Shown here one piece after another: positions 38,150 to 48,697 of a stretch of 57,923 bases of DNA. The notes beneath the pieces were generated by a model. It was given only the letters and a program-made list of their open reading frames with translations, did not search any database and was not told the origin of the DNA. Made by a program: the position numbers and the translations under genes. Source of the DNA: Porticoccaceae bacterium UBA1989 (GTDB taxonomy: Bacteria > Pseudomonadota > Gammaproteobacteria > Pseudomonadales > Porticoccaceae); contig DDDD01000057.1 of assembly GCA_002335945.1 (NCBI GenBank), forward strand, positions 1 to 57,923, given 5' to 3'. Each line of letters opens with the position of its first letter. Positions within the stretch are counted from its first letter, which is position 1.

Positions 38150-39289
38150 ATGGCCTGGAATGAACCGGGTGGTGGCAAGGATCCTTGGGGTGGTAATCAA
38201 GGCAACGACGGCCCACCAGATATCGATGAAGTGCTAAACAAACTCAAAGAGAAATTCGCTGGATTTGGTGGCGGTTCTAGTGGTGCTGGCGGCGGTGCAG
38301 GTAGCAGTAAAGGCCTGGTACCCGTGGTATTTATAGCGCTGACTATTATTTGGGGTCTGCTGGGCTTCTATCAGGTCGACGAAAAAGAGCAGGCGGTTGT
38401 GCTGCGTCTGGGTAAATACAGCGACACCCTAGGTTCTGGTCTGCAGTGGAACCCACCGATTTTTGACTCAGTAACCATTGTTCGTGTTACAGAAGAGCGA
38501 CAGTATTCGGCCCGTGGCCTGATGTTGACTCAAGACGAAAACATTGTAGAAATCTCATTGACTGTGCAGTACAACATCGTCAATGCCAAAGATTTTGTAT
38601 TGAGCATTAAAGATCCAGAGTTAAGTCTTAAGTATGCAACAGATAGTGCGTTGCGCCATGTTGTGGGTAGCACAGGTTTAGACGGTGTTATTTCGACTGG
38701 CCGTGAAGAAGTTGCCGTGAGTACCGAGGAGAAACTTCAGGATCTTCTGAATGTTTATAGCAGTGGTATTAACGTGGTCAAGATCAACATCGAAGAGGCG
38801 CGCCCACCGACAGAGGTTAAGGCAGCTTACGATGACGTGATCAAGGCGCGGGAAGATCTCGAACGTCTGGTTAACGAAGCTCAGGCTTACTCTAATGGCG
38901 TGATTCCAGAAGCCCGTGGTGAAGCACAGCGTCTCCGTGAAGAAGCTGAAGGCTATCTGTCTCAGGTGGTTTCTAAATCTCAGGGTGAAGCCAAACGTTT
39001 TACTGCGTTGCTAACAGAATATAAGAAGGCACCTGGTGTAACGCGTGAGCGTCTATATATTGATGCGATCGAAGAGGTGATGAGCAGCAGTACTAAGATT
39101 TTGGTGGACACTAAGGGCGGCAACAACATGCTCTATCTACCCCTGGACAAGCTGGTTCAGCAGGGTAATGCAGCAGGCGCAACTCGCGGCTCTGGCAGTG
39201 ATTCCCAGATGGTTGATCGTATTGCCAATGAAGTGATTGAGAAGCTTCAGCGCAACAGCAATCAAATTCAATCGGAGAGACGTCGATGA
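38150..39289 (+). CDS. hflK: FtsH modulator HflK
   Basis: MAWNEPG...DPWG...GPPD N-terminus, SPFH domain, APGVTRERLY, YLPLDKL; ATG 38150 after GGAG. Confidence 0.96.
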   Translation: MAWNEPGGGKDPWGGNQGNDGPPDIDEVLNKLKEKFAGFGGGSSGAGGGAGSSKGLVPVVFIALTIIWGLLGFYQVDEKEQAVVLRLGKYSDTLGSGLQWNPPIFDSVTIVRVTEERQYSARGLMLTQDENIVEISLTVQYNIVNAKDFVLSIKDPELSLKYATDSALRHVVGSTGLDGVISTGREEVAVSTEEKLQDLLNVYSSGINVVKINIEEARPPTEVKAAYDDVIKAREDLERLVNEAQAYSNGVIPEARGEAQRLREEAEGYLSQVVSKSQGEAKRFTALLTEYKKAPGVTRERLYIDAIEEVMSSSTKILVDTKGGNNMLYLPLDKLVQQGNAAGATRGSGSDSQMVDRIANEVIEKLQRNSNQIQSERRR

Positions 39290-40155
39290 ATAATCTAATG
39301 AAAACCGCCATCGTAGTGTTGGTTTTGTTGATAGGCGCCAGCAGTTCACTGTATGTGGTTAGTGAATTTGAGCGTGGTGTAAAGCTACAGTTTGGTAAGC
39401 TGGTCGAAGCTGATATACAGCCCGGCCTGCACGTCAAAATTCCCTTTGTGGACAATGTGCGTATCTTTGATGCACGTATCCTCACCGTAGATGCGCAGCC
39501 AGCAAGCTTCTTTACTATTGAAAAGAAGCGTCTGATTGTAGATTCCTATGCTAAGTGGCGTATTGCCAATGTAGAAACCTACTATAAGGCAACGGGTGGC
39601 GTCGAGTCTGTCGCTCACAACCGTCTGGCCAATCGTGTTAATAACGGCCTTAGAAACCAGTTTGGTACCCGTACCCTGCATGAGGTAGTTTCTGGCGAGC
39701 GCGATCTGCTGATGAAAAACATCACTGCCGAACTCAACGACTCGGTACTGGATAGCCTAGGTATCGAAGTAGTCGATGTTCGCGTTAAGCGTATTGACCT
39801 TCCTCAGGAAGTGAGCAGCCAGGTATTCCGTCGTATGACGGCTGAGCGAGATAAAGAAGCCAATGAGTTGCGTTCAACTGGTAAGGAACGCGCTGAAAAG
39901 ATTCGCGCTTCTGCGGACCGTGAACGCACTATTGAGGTGGCTAACGCTTACCGTGATTCTGAGAAATTGCGCGGTGAAGGTGATGCAAAAGCAGCGGCTA
40001 TCTACTCTGAAGCCTATCAGCAAGACCCAGAGTTCTACTCGTTTATGCGTAGCCTCAACGCCTATAAATCTGCCTTCTCCAATAAAGGCGATATTATGCT
40101 AGTGGATCCAGGCAGCGACTTTTTCAAGTATTTGAACCAACAGAGCGGCAACTAA
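39286..40155 (+). CDS. hflC: FtsH modulator HflC
   Basis: PGLHVKIPF, EKKRLIVDSY, DVRVKRIDLP, DPEFYSFMRSL. Confidence 0.96.
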   Translation: MNNLMKTAIVVLVLLIGASSSLYVVSEFERGVKLQFGKLVEADIQPGLHVKIPFVDNVRIFDARILTVDAQPASFFTIEKKRLIVDSYAKWRIANVETYYKATGGVESVAHNRLANRVNNGLRNQFGTRTLHEVVSGERDLLMKNITAELNDSVLDSLGIEVVDVRVKRIDLPQEVSSQVFRRMTAERDKEANELRSTGKERAEKIRASADRERTIEVANAYRDSEKLRGEGDAKAAAIYSEAYQQDPEFYSFMRSLNAYKSAFSNKGDIMLVDPGSDFFKYLNQQSGN

Positions 40156-40172
40156 TAGGGCGCTTAGGGTGA

Positions 40173-40203
40173 CTGAACTGATTAAAGGCCTTAATCAGTT
40201 CAG
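40173..40203. repeat. 13-bp perfect inverted repeat with 5-bp spacer
   Basis: ctgaactgattaa-aggcc-ttaatcagttcag. Confidence 0.85.
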
Positions 40204-40230
40204 AAACCTCTGCCACATTGATGGCGATTT

Positions 40231-40239
40231 TGCTAGAAT
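40231..40239 (+). promoter_or_regulatory. Putative extended -10 promoter for DUF2065-hisZ-purA
   Basis: TGcTAGAAT (TGn + -10 hexamer), with CTGCCA 18 bp upstream of the hexamer. Confidence 0.4.
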
Positions 40240-40243
40240 TCGG

Positions 40244-40267
40244 AAACCGGGGCGACTCGGTTTTTTT
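40244..40267 (+). terminator. Intrinsic terminator downstream of hflC
   Basis: aaaccggg-GCGA-ctcggttt stem with GNRA loop running into T7. Confidence 0.75.
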
Positions 40268-40291
40268 ACGCCGGTTCTGAGGTGATATTTA

Positions 40292-40477
40292 ATGCTCGAC
40301 GATGTAGGTAGAGCGATTGGTTTGATGCTGGTGTTTGAGGGAATCATGCCTTTTTTGGCGCCGAAACGGTGGCGTAATATGGCAGAGGTTCTGGCCACTA
40401 TAGATGATCGCTCAATGAGAATAATTGGTCTGCTGAGTATGCTCGGTGGATTGGCGCTGCTGGTTTTTTGGCGCTAA
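40292..40477 (+). CDS. DUF2065 (YjeT-like) small membrane protein
   Basis: AIGLMLVFEGIMPFLAP..WR...RIIGL; conserved position between hflC and hisZ/purA. Confidence 0.9.
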   Translation: MLDDVGRAIGLMLVFEGIMPFLAPKRWRNMAEVLATIDDRSMRIIGLLSMLGGLALLVFWR

Positions 40478-40498
40478 ACTTTAAAAAATGGGATTCCT

Positions 40499-41677
40499 GT
40501 GAAAAATGTAGATCGCTGGTTATTGCCGGATGGCGTCGATGACGTGCTTCCAGAACAGGCACAGGTTGTCGAGCACCTGCGTCGCCAACTACTTGATCTC
40601 TATCACAACTGGGGCTACGACCTCGTTATTCCACCCATGGTTGAGTTTACCGAATCACTCCTCAGTGGCTCCGGCAGCGACCTTGACCTAATGACCTTTC
40701 GTGTCACTGATCAAATCAGTGGACGCATGATGGGCATCCGCGCAGATATTACTCCTCAGACCGCCAGAATGGACGCTCACAGCCTCCGCAGAGACGGACC
40801 TAACCGTCTTTGTTATGCAGGTACCGTGTTGCACACACGTCCCCGTGGGCCCTTGGAATCGCGGACTCCCATCTCTCTGGGCGTCGAACTGTTCGGCGAG
40901 GCGACTTTGAGCGCCGATATCGAAGTTATCGAATTGTTTTTACAGACCCTCAAGAGTAGTGGTGTTGCTAATGTGCATCTGGACCTCGGCCATGTGGATA
41001 TCTTCCGTGGCCTATTAGCCGTTGCCAATCTCGATAATGACCAAGAAAATCAGCTGTTTGAACTGTTGCAGCGTAAGGCCAGCGACGAACTCAGCGCCTG
41101 GATAGCGGCCAATGTTACAGACAGTAAGTTGGCGGGCTGGCTCAACATACTGCCGACCCTCGCGGGCAATGCGGAAGTGCTAACGGCTGCCAAAAAAGCC
41201 TTAGCCGGTGCACCGGAAACCGTATTAGCGGCCATTATGCAGCTTGAGCAGGTAGTTACGGCATTGCCAACAGGGGAAGTCACCGTCTATTTGGATCTGG
41301 GTGAACTGCCCGGATACCATTATCACACGGGCATTGTGTTTGCCGGTTATGTGCAGGGCTATGGTAAGGCGCTGGGTAATGGTGGTCGTTACGACCATGT
41401 TGGCGAAGCCTTTGGTCGCTCGCGCCCAGCAACCGGATTCGCCTTTGATCTCAAGTCATTAGTGACCCAGGGGAACACCCATTATGGTGCAGTAGCAGGC
41501 ATATTTGTGCCCTATACCTCTGACGCCGAATGTCATCAGCAGGTTGCACTGTTACGCGCTCAGGGCAACCGAGTTGTGCAGGGTTTTGCTGACCAGGTTG
41601 TAAATTATCAAGAAATAAAATGTGATCGTCGGCTGGTGCAGCAAGACGGTCATTATGTGATTGAGAGTTTGTCCTAA
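40499..41677 (+). CDS. hisZ: ATP phosphoribosyltransferase regulatory subunit
   Basis: RWLLPDG, DQISGRMMGIRADITPQ, RLCYAG, YHYHTG, GGRYD, RPATGF. Confidence 0.95.
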   Translation: MKNVDRWLLPDGVDDVLPEQAQVVEHLRRQLLDLYHNWGYDLVIPPMVEFTESLLSGSGSDLDLMTFRVTDQISGRMMGIRADITPQTARMDAHSLRRDGPNRLCYAGTVLHTRPRGPLESRTPISLGVELFGEATLSADIEVIELFLQTLKSSGVANVHLDLGHVDIFRGLLAVANLDNDQENQLFELLQRKASDELSAWIAANVTDSKLAGWLNILPTLAGNAEVLTAAKKALAGAPETVLAAIMQLEQVVTALPTGEVTVYLDLGELPGYHYHTGIVFAGYVQGYGKALGNGGRYDHVGEAFGRSRPATGFAFDLKSLVTQGNTHYGAVAGIFVPYTSDAECHQQVALLRAQGNRVVQGFADQVVNYQEIKCDRRLVQQDGHYVIESLS

Positions 41678-41716
41678 TTTAAACGTCGTCCTGATCTAAA
41701 CAGTCAGTTAGTGTAA

Positions 41717-43030
<1,314 letters not shown>

Positions 43031-43042
43031 ACCTACGTTGTT

Positions 43043-43082
43043 AAAAAAGCCCGCGCTCGGTTAACCGGACGCGGGTTTTTTT
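43043..43082. terminator. Bidirectional intrinsic terminator between purA and the MAPEG gene
   Basis: A6-gcccgcg...cgcggg-T7 between convergent genes. Confidence 0.85.
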
Positions 43083-43121
43083 AACCCTGGTTTCTGGCAA
43101 ATAAGCCGGGTAGTTTAAACC

Positions 43122-43508
43122 CTAGCCTACAATATGTAGCCCTAAACCAATGAGACTACCAATCACCAGTGCGATATTGCTGAAGATGCTCATCACCGCC
43201 CCGGGTCCACGGATTTTGGGGTCTTTGAGGTACAGACTCGAGTAGATTTGCCGACCCAATAAAAATAAAACACCGGGAAGAAGTACCCAGCTAGCACTGA
43301 CGTAATAGCTAAATGTAAGCATGCTGGGAATAAAAACAATCAACTGTTCCAGCGTATTTTGTTGTATACGAAATTTTATTTCCCACTCTTCATTGCCCGT
43401 TGTTTTAGGGGCCAAAACATTATTTTTTAGACGAGAAAAACCTACCCTAAAAGTAAATATCAGATACTGAAGTAGTGCGACCAATATAATGGCGATACTG
43501 TATTCCAT
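43122..43508 (-). CDS. MAPEG family membrane protein
   Basis: Hydrophobic 128 aa; VGFSR....V.AP..TG...E..FRIQQNTLEQ, GRQIY...Y pattern. Confidence 0.85.
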   Translation of the reverse strand: MEYSIAIILVALLQYLIFTFRVGFSRLKNNVLAPKTTGNEEWEIKFRIQQNTLEQLIVFIPSMLTFSYYVSASWVLLPGVLFLLGRQIYSSLYLKDPKIRGPGAVMSIFSNIALVIGSLIGLGLHIVG

Positions 43509-43989
43509 GTCAATTTCCCTGTGTCGAATTTTTAAACCTAAAATTAATACCTATTACATATGGATAAAATTACGCGTCCATATTAAAAATAAGCCTAGAC
43601 TAAAGCGCTACTTGATGCAGAGGAAAGCCCTTCGGCACCTACCTTTTTAACTATGCGAAAGTAAAATTTTTAGGTCTGCCCAGTTAACCCACCAGTAACC
43701 GCCAACAAAATTTGTCTGCTGTTACCTCTTGCGCAAACAAAATAACCCCTGTAACGTTATTCACGTAGCACTGAATAAAAACAAACGGTTTTCACGCCAG
43801 TTGCGTTTTATACAGGCGATAGAATTCCGATACGCTTGGGGTATTTATGCCACTAAAGATGTATATGGACATTATTCGTTTAAGCCGCGCTCGCCACCGA
43901 CCTAAGGTGGTAAGAAATTCCTTTATCCTCGATATTTCCTTTTTAATAACCGCCTTCCGGCACTGTTACCTGTCTGGAAGGATGCGTTA

Positions 43990-44460
43990 ATGGTGAATGA
44001 ATACGCGACTGAAATCTGGCCACTGGCCGTCTATTTCGGCATGGTTATCCTTCTTGTTATTACGATGCTGGTACTGTCATGGTTATTGGGTCAGCGACGT
44101 CGCGAGCAGGCCACCAATGATCCTTTTGAGTCGGGCATTGTGGCGGTTGGTGACTCGCAAATCCGCATCTCCGTTGAGTTTTATCTGATCGCCATATTCT
44201 TCGTTATCTTCGATTTAGAAACCGTCTTTATCTTTGCCTGGGCAATTGCTTTCTTTGAGTTAGGCTGGCAGGGCTATTTTTCCATGTTGGTGTTTATCGC
44301 AATACTGGCATTGGCATTGATCTATGAATGGCGCTCCGGGGCACTGGAATGGGGCAATAAAACCCGTGTCGGTCTACCGGCCGCCAAGAGAACTCAAAAA
44401 ATAATTGACCAGAGAGCAGCACAAAAACAACAACCTAAAGCGGCCGAGGACAAACAATGA
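43990..44460 (+). CDS. nuoA: NADH-quinone oxidoreductase subunit A
   Basis: [29 protein letters not shown]. Confidence 0.96.
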   Translation: MVNEYATEIWPLAVYFGMVILLVITMLVLSWLLGQRRREQATNDPFESGIVAVGDSQIRISVEFYLIAIFFVIFDLETVFIFAWAIAFFELGWQGYFSMLVFIAILALALIYEWRSGALEWGNKTRVGLPAAKRTQKIIDQRAAQKQQPKAAEDKQ

Positions 44461-45095
44461 AGTGGAGTTTAACGCGCCCTGAAGATGGCAATCTACTCAA
44501 TCACAGTGATGAATTTATCGAAGAGCAGGTCAAGCGTAATGTCGCTTTCGCCAAGCTCGAGGACCTCGTTGCCTGGGGCCGCGCCCATTCACTCTGGCCA
44601 TTCAACTTTGGACTGTCCTGCTGCTATGTAGAGATGGCGACCTCGTTTACCAGTCGTCATGACATAGCGCGCTTTGGTTCCGAGGTCATTCGTGCGACTC
44701 CAAGGCAGGCGGATTTGATGGTTATTTCCGGCACCTGTTTTCTCAAAATGGCCCCAGTGATACAGCGTCTCTATGAACAGTTATTGGAACCGCGCTGGAT
44801 TATCTCAATGGGATCCTGTGCCAACTCTGGTGGTATGTACGACATTTACTCCGTAGTGCAGGGAGTGGACAAATTTATTCCGGTGGACGTCTATGTTCCA
44901 GGCTGCCCACCACGCCCTGAGGCATTGATGCAGGGCCTGATAATGTTACAGGAGTCTATTGGTAAAGAACGACGACCTATTACCTGGGCAGCTGGTGATC
45001 AGACGGTAATCAAACCGAAAAAAATCAGCAAACGGGATGAGTTGACCGCAGAGCGAATAAAAGCCACTGAATTGCGGGAACCAAAAGACGTGTAG
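44457..45095 (+). CDS. nuoB: NADH-quinone oxidoreductase subunit B
   Basis: [31 protein letters not shown] (cluster N2 ligands). Confidence 0.97.
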   Translation: MKWSLTRPEDGNLLNHSDEFIEEQVKRNVAFAKLEDLVAWGRAHSLWPFNFGLSCCYVEMATSFTSRHDIARFGSEVIRATPRQADLMVISGTCFLKMAPVIQRLYEQLLEPRWIISMGSCANSGGMYDIYSVVQGVDKFIPVDVYVPGCPPRPEALMQGLIMLQESIGKERRPITWAAGDQTVIKPKKISKRDELTAERIKATELREPKDV

Positions 45096-45120
45096 ATCGA
45101 ATAAAAATTAAGGGGTTTTA

Positions 45121-46872
45121 ATGCAGAAGGCTGAATCCAAGATTCATAGCCCGGTTGAAGAGGACCTGTACCGTAAGTTTGGTCAGGCCCTATTTATTGC
45201 TCAACCTAGCGCGGACGCAACACTCACATTGTGGGTGCCTCGCGATCGTTTGATCGATGTTCTGCAATACCTCAAGCCCAAATTTTCCATGCTCTATGAT
45301 TTGTTTGCTATCGATGAGCGTACCCGCGCCAATCGTTCTGGCCAGCCCGCCTCAGATTTCACCGTTGTCTACCAGCTACTATCTCTAGATCGCAACGAAG
45401 ATATCCGTATTAAAGTCGCCCTGTCTGAATCTAGCCTCAATATCCCAACGATTATTTCACTTTGGCCCAATGCCAACTGGTACGAGCGGGAAGTGTGGGA
45501 CATGTTTGGTGTGATCGTTTCCGGACACCCCAACCTCTATCGCATTTTGTTGCCCCCCACCTGGGAGGGGCATGCCTTACGTAAAGACCATCCGGCCCGA
45601 GCTACCGAAATGGGTGAGTTTGAAATGGGCCCAGAGCGTGTGGCTAAGGAACAGGAAGCATTGCGATTTCGGCCTGAACAATGGGGTATGAAAAAAGCCA
45701 GCGACGACAGTGAATATATGTTTTTGAATCTGGGGCCAAACCATCCCAGCGTCCACGGTGTTTTTCGTGTTGCCCTGCAGTTAGATGGCGAGGTGATTGT
45801 CGATTCGGTCCCGGATATTGGTTACCACCACCGCGGCGCTGAGAAGATGGGGGAGCGGCAGACCTGGCACACGTTTATTCCTTATACCGACCGCATTGAT
45901 TACCTGGGTGGGGTTATGAATAACCTGGCCTATATTCAGTCGGTAGAAATGTTGGCAGGTATTGAGGTGCCAGAGCGGGCAAAAATTATTCGTATTATGC
46001 TCTCTGAGCTGTTTCGTATTTCAAGTCACCTGGTGTTTTACGGGACCTTTGTTCAGGACGTGGGGCAGATGTCTCCGGTGTTTTATATGTTTGCCGACCG
46101 GGAAAAATTATTTGGCATTATCGAAGCCATCACCGGTGGCCGGATGCATCCGGCTTGGTTTCGCATAGGTGGTGTAGCGGCGGACTTACCCAATGGCTGG
46201 GATCGCATGATTCGTGAGTTTATTGATTTTCTGCCCGCGCGCCTTGATCACTACGACAAGATGGCCATGCAAAATAAAATGCTCAAGGCCCGCACGGTGG
46301 GCATAGGGGTGTATACCCAGCAAGAGGCCCTAGACTGGGGTATTACCGGCCCCGGCTTGAGAGCCACAGGTATTGACTGGGATGTACGTAAAAAGCGCCC
46401 TTACGGTGGTTATGATCAGTTTGACTTTGAGGTACCAACCTCCAATAACGGCGACTGCTACGACCGCGCAGAACTGCGTATTGAAGAGATGCGCCAGAGT
46501 CTAAAAATTATTCGTCAATGTCTGGATAATATGCCGGGCGGCCCCTATAAGAGTGACCATCCTCAGACCACACCGCCTCCCAAAGAGCGCACCATGGAAG
46601 ATATCGAAACCCTAATTCACCATTTTCTAAATGTGAGCTGGGGACCGGTGATACCTGAGGGCGAGGCATCGGTAATGATCGAAGCGACCAAGGGAATTAA
46701 TAGCTATCACCTGATTAGCGATGGCGGTACTAATTCTTATCGCACTAGAATTCGTACACCTTCTTTTCCACACCTGCAGCAGATTCCACTGATTAGTAAA
46801 GGTCTTATGATCCCGGATCTGATTGCCATTATTGCCAGCATTGATTTTGTGATGGCGGATGTCGACCGATGA
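45121..46872 (+). CDS. nuoC: NADH-quinone oxidoreductase fused subunit C/D
   Basis: NuoC part [13 protein letters not shown]...GHALRKD fused to NuoD part [29 protein letters not shown]. Confidence 0.96.
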   Translation: MQKAESKIHSPVEEDLYRKFGQALFIAQPSADATLTLWVPRDRLIDVLQYLKPKFSMLYDLFAIDERTRANRSGQPASDFTVVYQLLSLDRNEDIRIKVALSESSLNIPTIISLWPNANWYEREVWDMFGVIVSGHPNLYRILLPPTWEGHALRKDHPARATEMGEFEMGPERVAKEQEALRFRPEQWGMKKASDDSEYMFLNLGPNHPSVHGVFRVALQLDGEVIVDSVPDIGYHHRGAEKMGERQTWHTFIPYTDRIDYLGGVMNNLAYIQSVEMLAGIEVPERAKIIRIMLSELFRISSHLVFYGTFVQDVGQMSPVFYMFADREKLFGIIEAITGGRMHPAWFRIGGVAADLPNGWDRMIREFIDFLPARLDHYDKMAMQNKMLKARTVGIGVYTQQEALDWGITGPGLRATGIDWDVRKKRPYGGYDQFDFEVPTSNNGDCYDRAELRIEEMRQSLKIIRQCLDNMPGGPYKSDHPQTTPPPKERTMEDIETLIHHFLNVSWGPVIPEGEASVMIEATKGINSYHLISDGGTNSYRTRIRTPSFPHLQQIPLISKGLMIPDLIAIIASIDFVMADVDR

Positions 46873-47393
46873 ATGATGCACAGATGATACAAACCGATGT
46901 AGGTTCAGCACTCAGCCCTGAAGAGCTTAGTGAGATAGATGCGGAGCTTGCTCATGTGCCCTATAAGTCTGGCGCGGCCATCGACGCCCTGAAAATAGTG
47001 CAGGCCAAGCGTGGCTGGATATCAGATCAAAGCCTGCAGGCCATTGCAAAATATCTTGATATGTCGGCAGAAGAGTTAGAGGGAATTGCGACGTTTTATA
47101 ATTTAATTTATCGTCGCCCTGTGGGTAAAAAAGTTATTTTATTTTGTGATAGCGTGAGCTGTTGGATCTGTGGCTGTGATGGCATTAAACAAAAAATTAC
47201 CGACGTCCTAGGTGTGGATTATGGCGAAACCACAGAAGATGATGCGTACACATTAATTCCGGTTCCCTGTTTGGGTGCCTGTGATAGGGCGCCTGTGATG
47301 ATGGTAGGGGATGATCTACACACCCATTTAGATGAAGCCAAAATTGACGCCCTGTTTCCTGATAAAAACAAAAAAGCGGGAGGCAGTTCATAA
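46869..47393 (+). CDS. nuoE: NADH-quinone oxidoreductase subunit E
   Basis: ATFY, CDSVSC...CLGAC 2Fe-2S ligands. Confidence 0.96.
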   Translation: MNDAQMIQTDVGSALSPEELSEIDAELAHVPYKSGAAIDALKIVQAKRGWISDQSLQAIAKYLDMSAEELEGIATFYNLIYRRPVGKKVILFCDSVSCWICGCDGIKQKITDVLGVDYGETTEDDAYTLIPVPCLGACDRAPVMMVGDDLHTHLDEAKIDALFPDKNKKAGGSS

Positions 47394-48694
47394 TGGAAAA
47401 AGTACTGACTCGTAATATTGGCCCTGACCTCCAGCCAACCGATCTCAAAGCCTATGAAGCCAATGGGGGTTATCAGGGCTTACGCAAAGCCCTCGCGGAG
47501 TCATCCCCAAAAGATTGCCTCGATGTTATTAGCGCCGCTAATCTTCGCGGTCGTGGCGGGGCAGGTTTCCCAACAGGTATGAAGTGGAGTTTTGTCCCCA
47601 TGGGGGATAAGTGCACCCCGGGACATAAGTACCTTGTCTGCAACGCGGATGAGATGGAACCCGGCGCCTTTAAAGATCGCCTGCTGATGGAATACGATCC
47701 TCATCAACTTATTGAAGGCATGATTCTCAGTGCCTATACCATTGGGGCCGATATCTCCTATATCTTTATTCGTGGGGAATATGTGGTGGCCATTCAGCGC
47801 CTGCGAGATGCTCTGACCGAATGCTACGCCGCGGGCTACCTAGGTGACAATATTCTCGGTTCTGGCTTTAGCCTTAATATGTATATACATCCCAGTGCGG
47901 GTCGCTATATCTGCGGTGAAGAGACCGCCCTAATTAATGCCTTAGAAGGCAAGCGCGCCAACCCCAGAGCCAAGCCACCATTTCCCCAAGTCAGTGGTTT
48001 ATGGGGTCGTCCAACCATTGTTAACAATGTGGAAACTCTGTGTAATATTTCCCACATTATAGATCGTGGTGCGGACTGGTTTAAGACACTGGGGGTAGGG
48101 GAAGACAGTGGTACCAAGATGTTTGGTGTTAGCGGCAGAGTCAAAAATCCGGGCTGTTGGGAACTCCCTATGGGCACCCCAATCCGACATATTCTCGAAG
48201 ACCGTGCCGGCGGTATGCAAGATGGTCTGCAACTTAAAGGATTTTTGCCTGGCGGCGGTTCTACGGATTTCTTAACGCCGGACCATCTTGATCTGGCTAT
48301 GGACTACAACGTGATAGGTAAAGCCGGCAGCCGCATGGGCACCGGCACCATGATTATTCTCGACGACCAGACCTGCCCTGTAGGCATGGTACTTAACCTT
48401 ATTCGTTTCTTTGCCCACGAATCCTGTGGATTCTGTACTCCCTGCCGTGATGGACTGCCCTGGACCCGACAGGTACTTGAAGATATAGAGTCTGGCCGTG
48501 GCCGTGCTGAAGATCTCGATACTCTGGCCTATCAAGTGAGTTATATCGGCGCCATGGGTAACACTCACTGTGCATTGGCACCAGGTGCCATGGAGCCTCT
48601 GCAGAGCGCCTTAAAATACTTCCGCGATGACTTCGACCGCCATATTTCTGGCGGCAGCTGTCCGTACCATAGCCATACTAGACAGGGAGCTTAG
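47393..48694 (+). CDS. nuoF: NADH-quinone oxidoreductase subunit F
   Basis: GRGGAGFPTG, NADEMEPG, YICGEETAL, ESCGFCTPCRDG. Confidence 0.97.
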   Translation: MEKVLTRNIGPDLQPTDLKAYEANGGYQGLRKALAESSPKDCLDVISAANLRGRGGAGFPTGMKWSFVPMGDKCTPGHKYLVCNADEMEPGAFKDRLLMEYDPHQLIEGMILSAYTIGADISYIFIRGEYVVAIQRLRDALTECYAAGYLGDNILGSGFSLNMYIHPSAGRYICGEETALINALEGKRANPRAKPPFPQVSGLWGRPTIVNNVETLCNISHIIDRGADWFKTLGVGEDSGTKMFGVSGRVKNPGCWELPMGTPIRHILEDRAGGMQDGLQLKGFLPGGGSTDFLTPDHLDLAMDYNVIGKAGSRMGTGTMIILDDQTCPVGMVLNLIRFFAHESCGFCTPCRDGLPWTRQVLEDIESGRGRAEDLDTLAYQVSYIGAMGNTHCALAPGAMEPLQSALKYFRDDFDRHISGGSCPYHSHTRQGA

Positions 48695-48697
48695 ACG

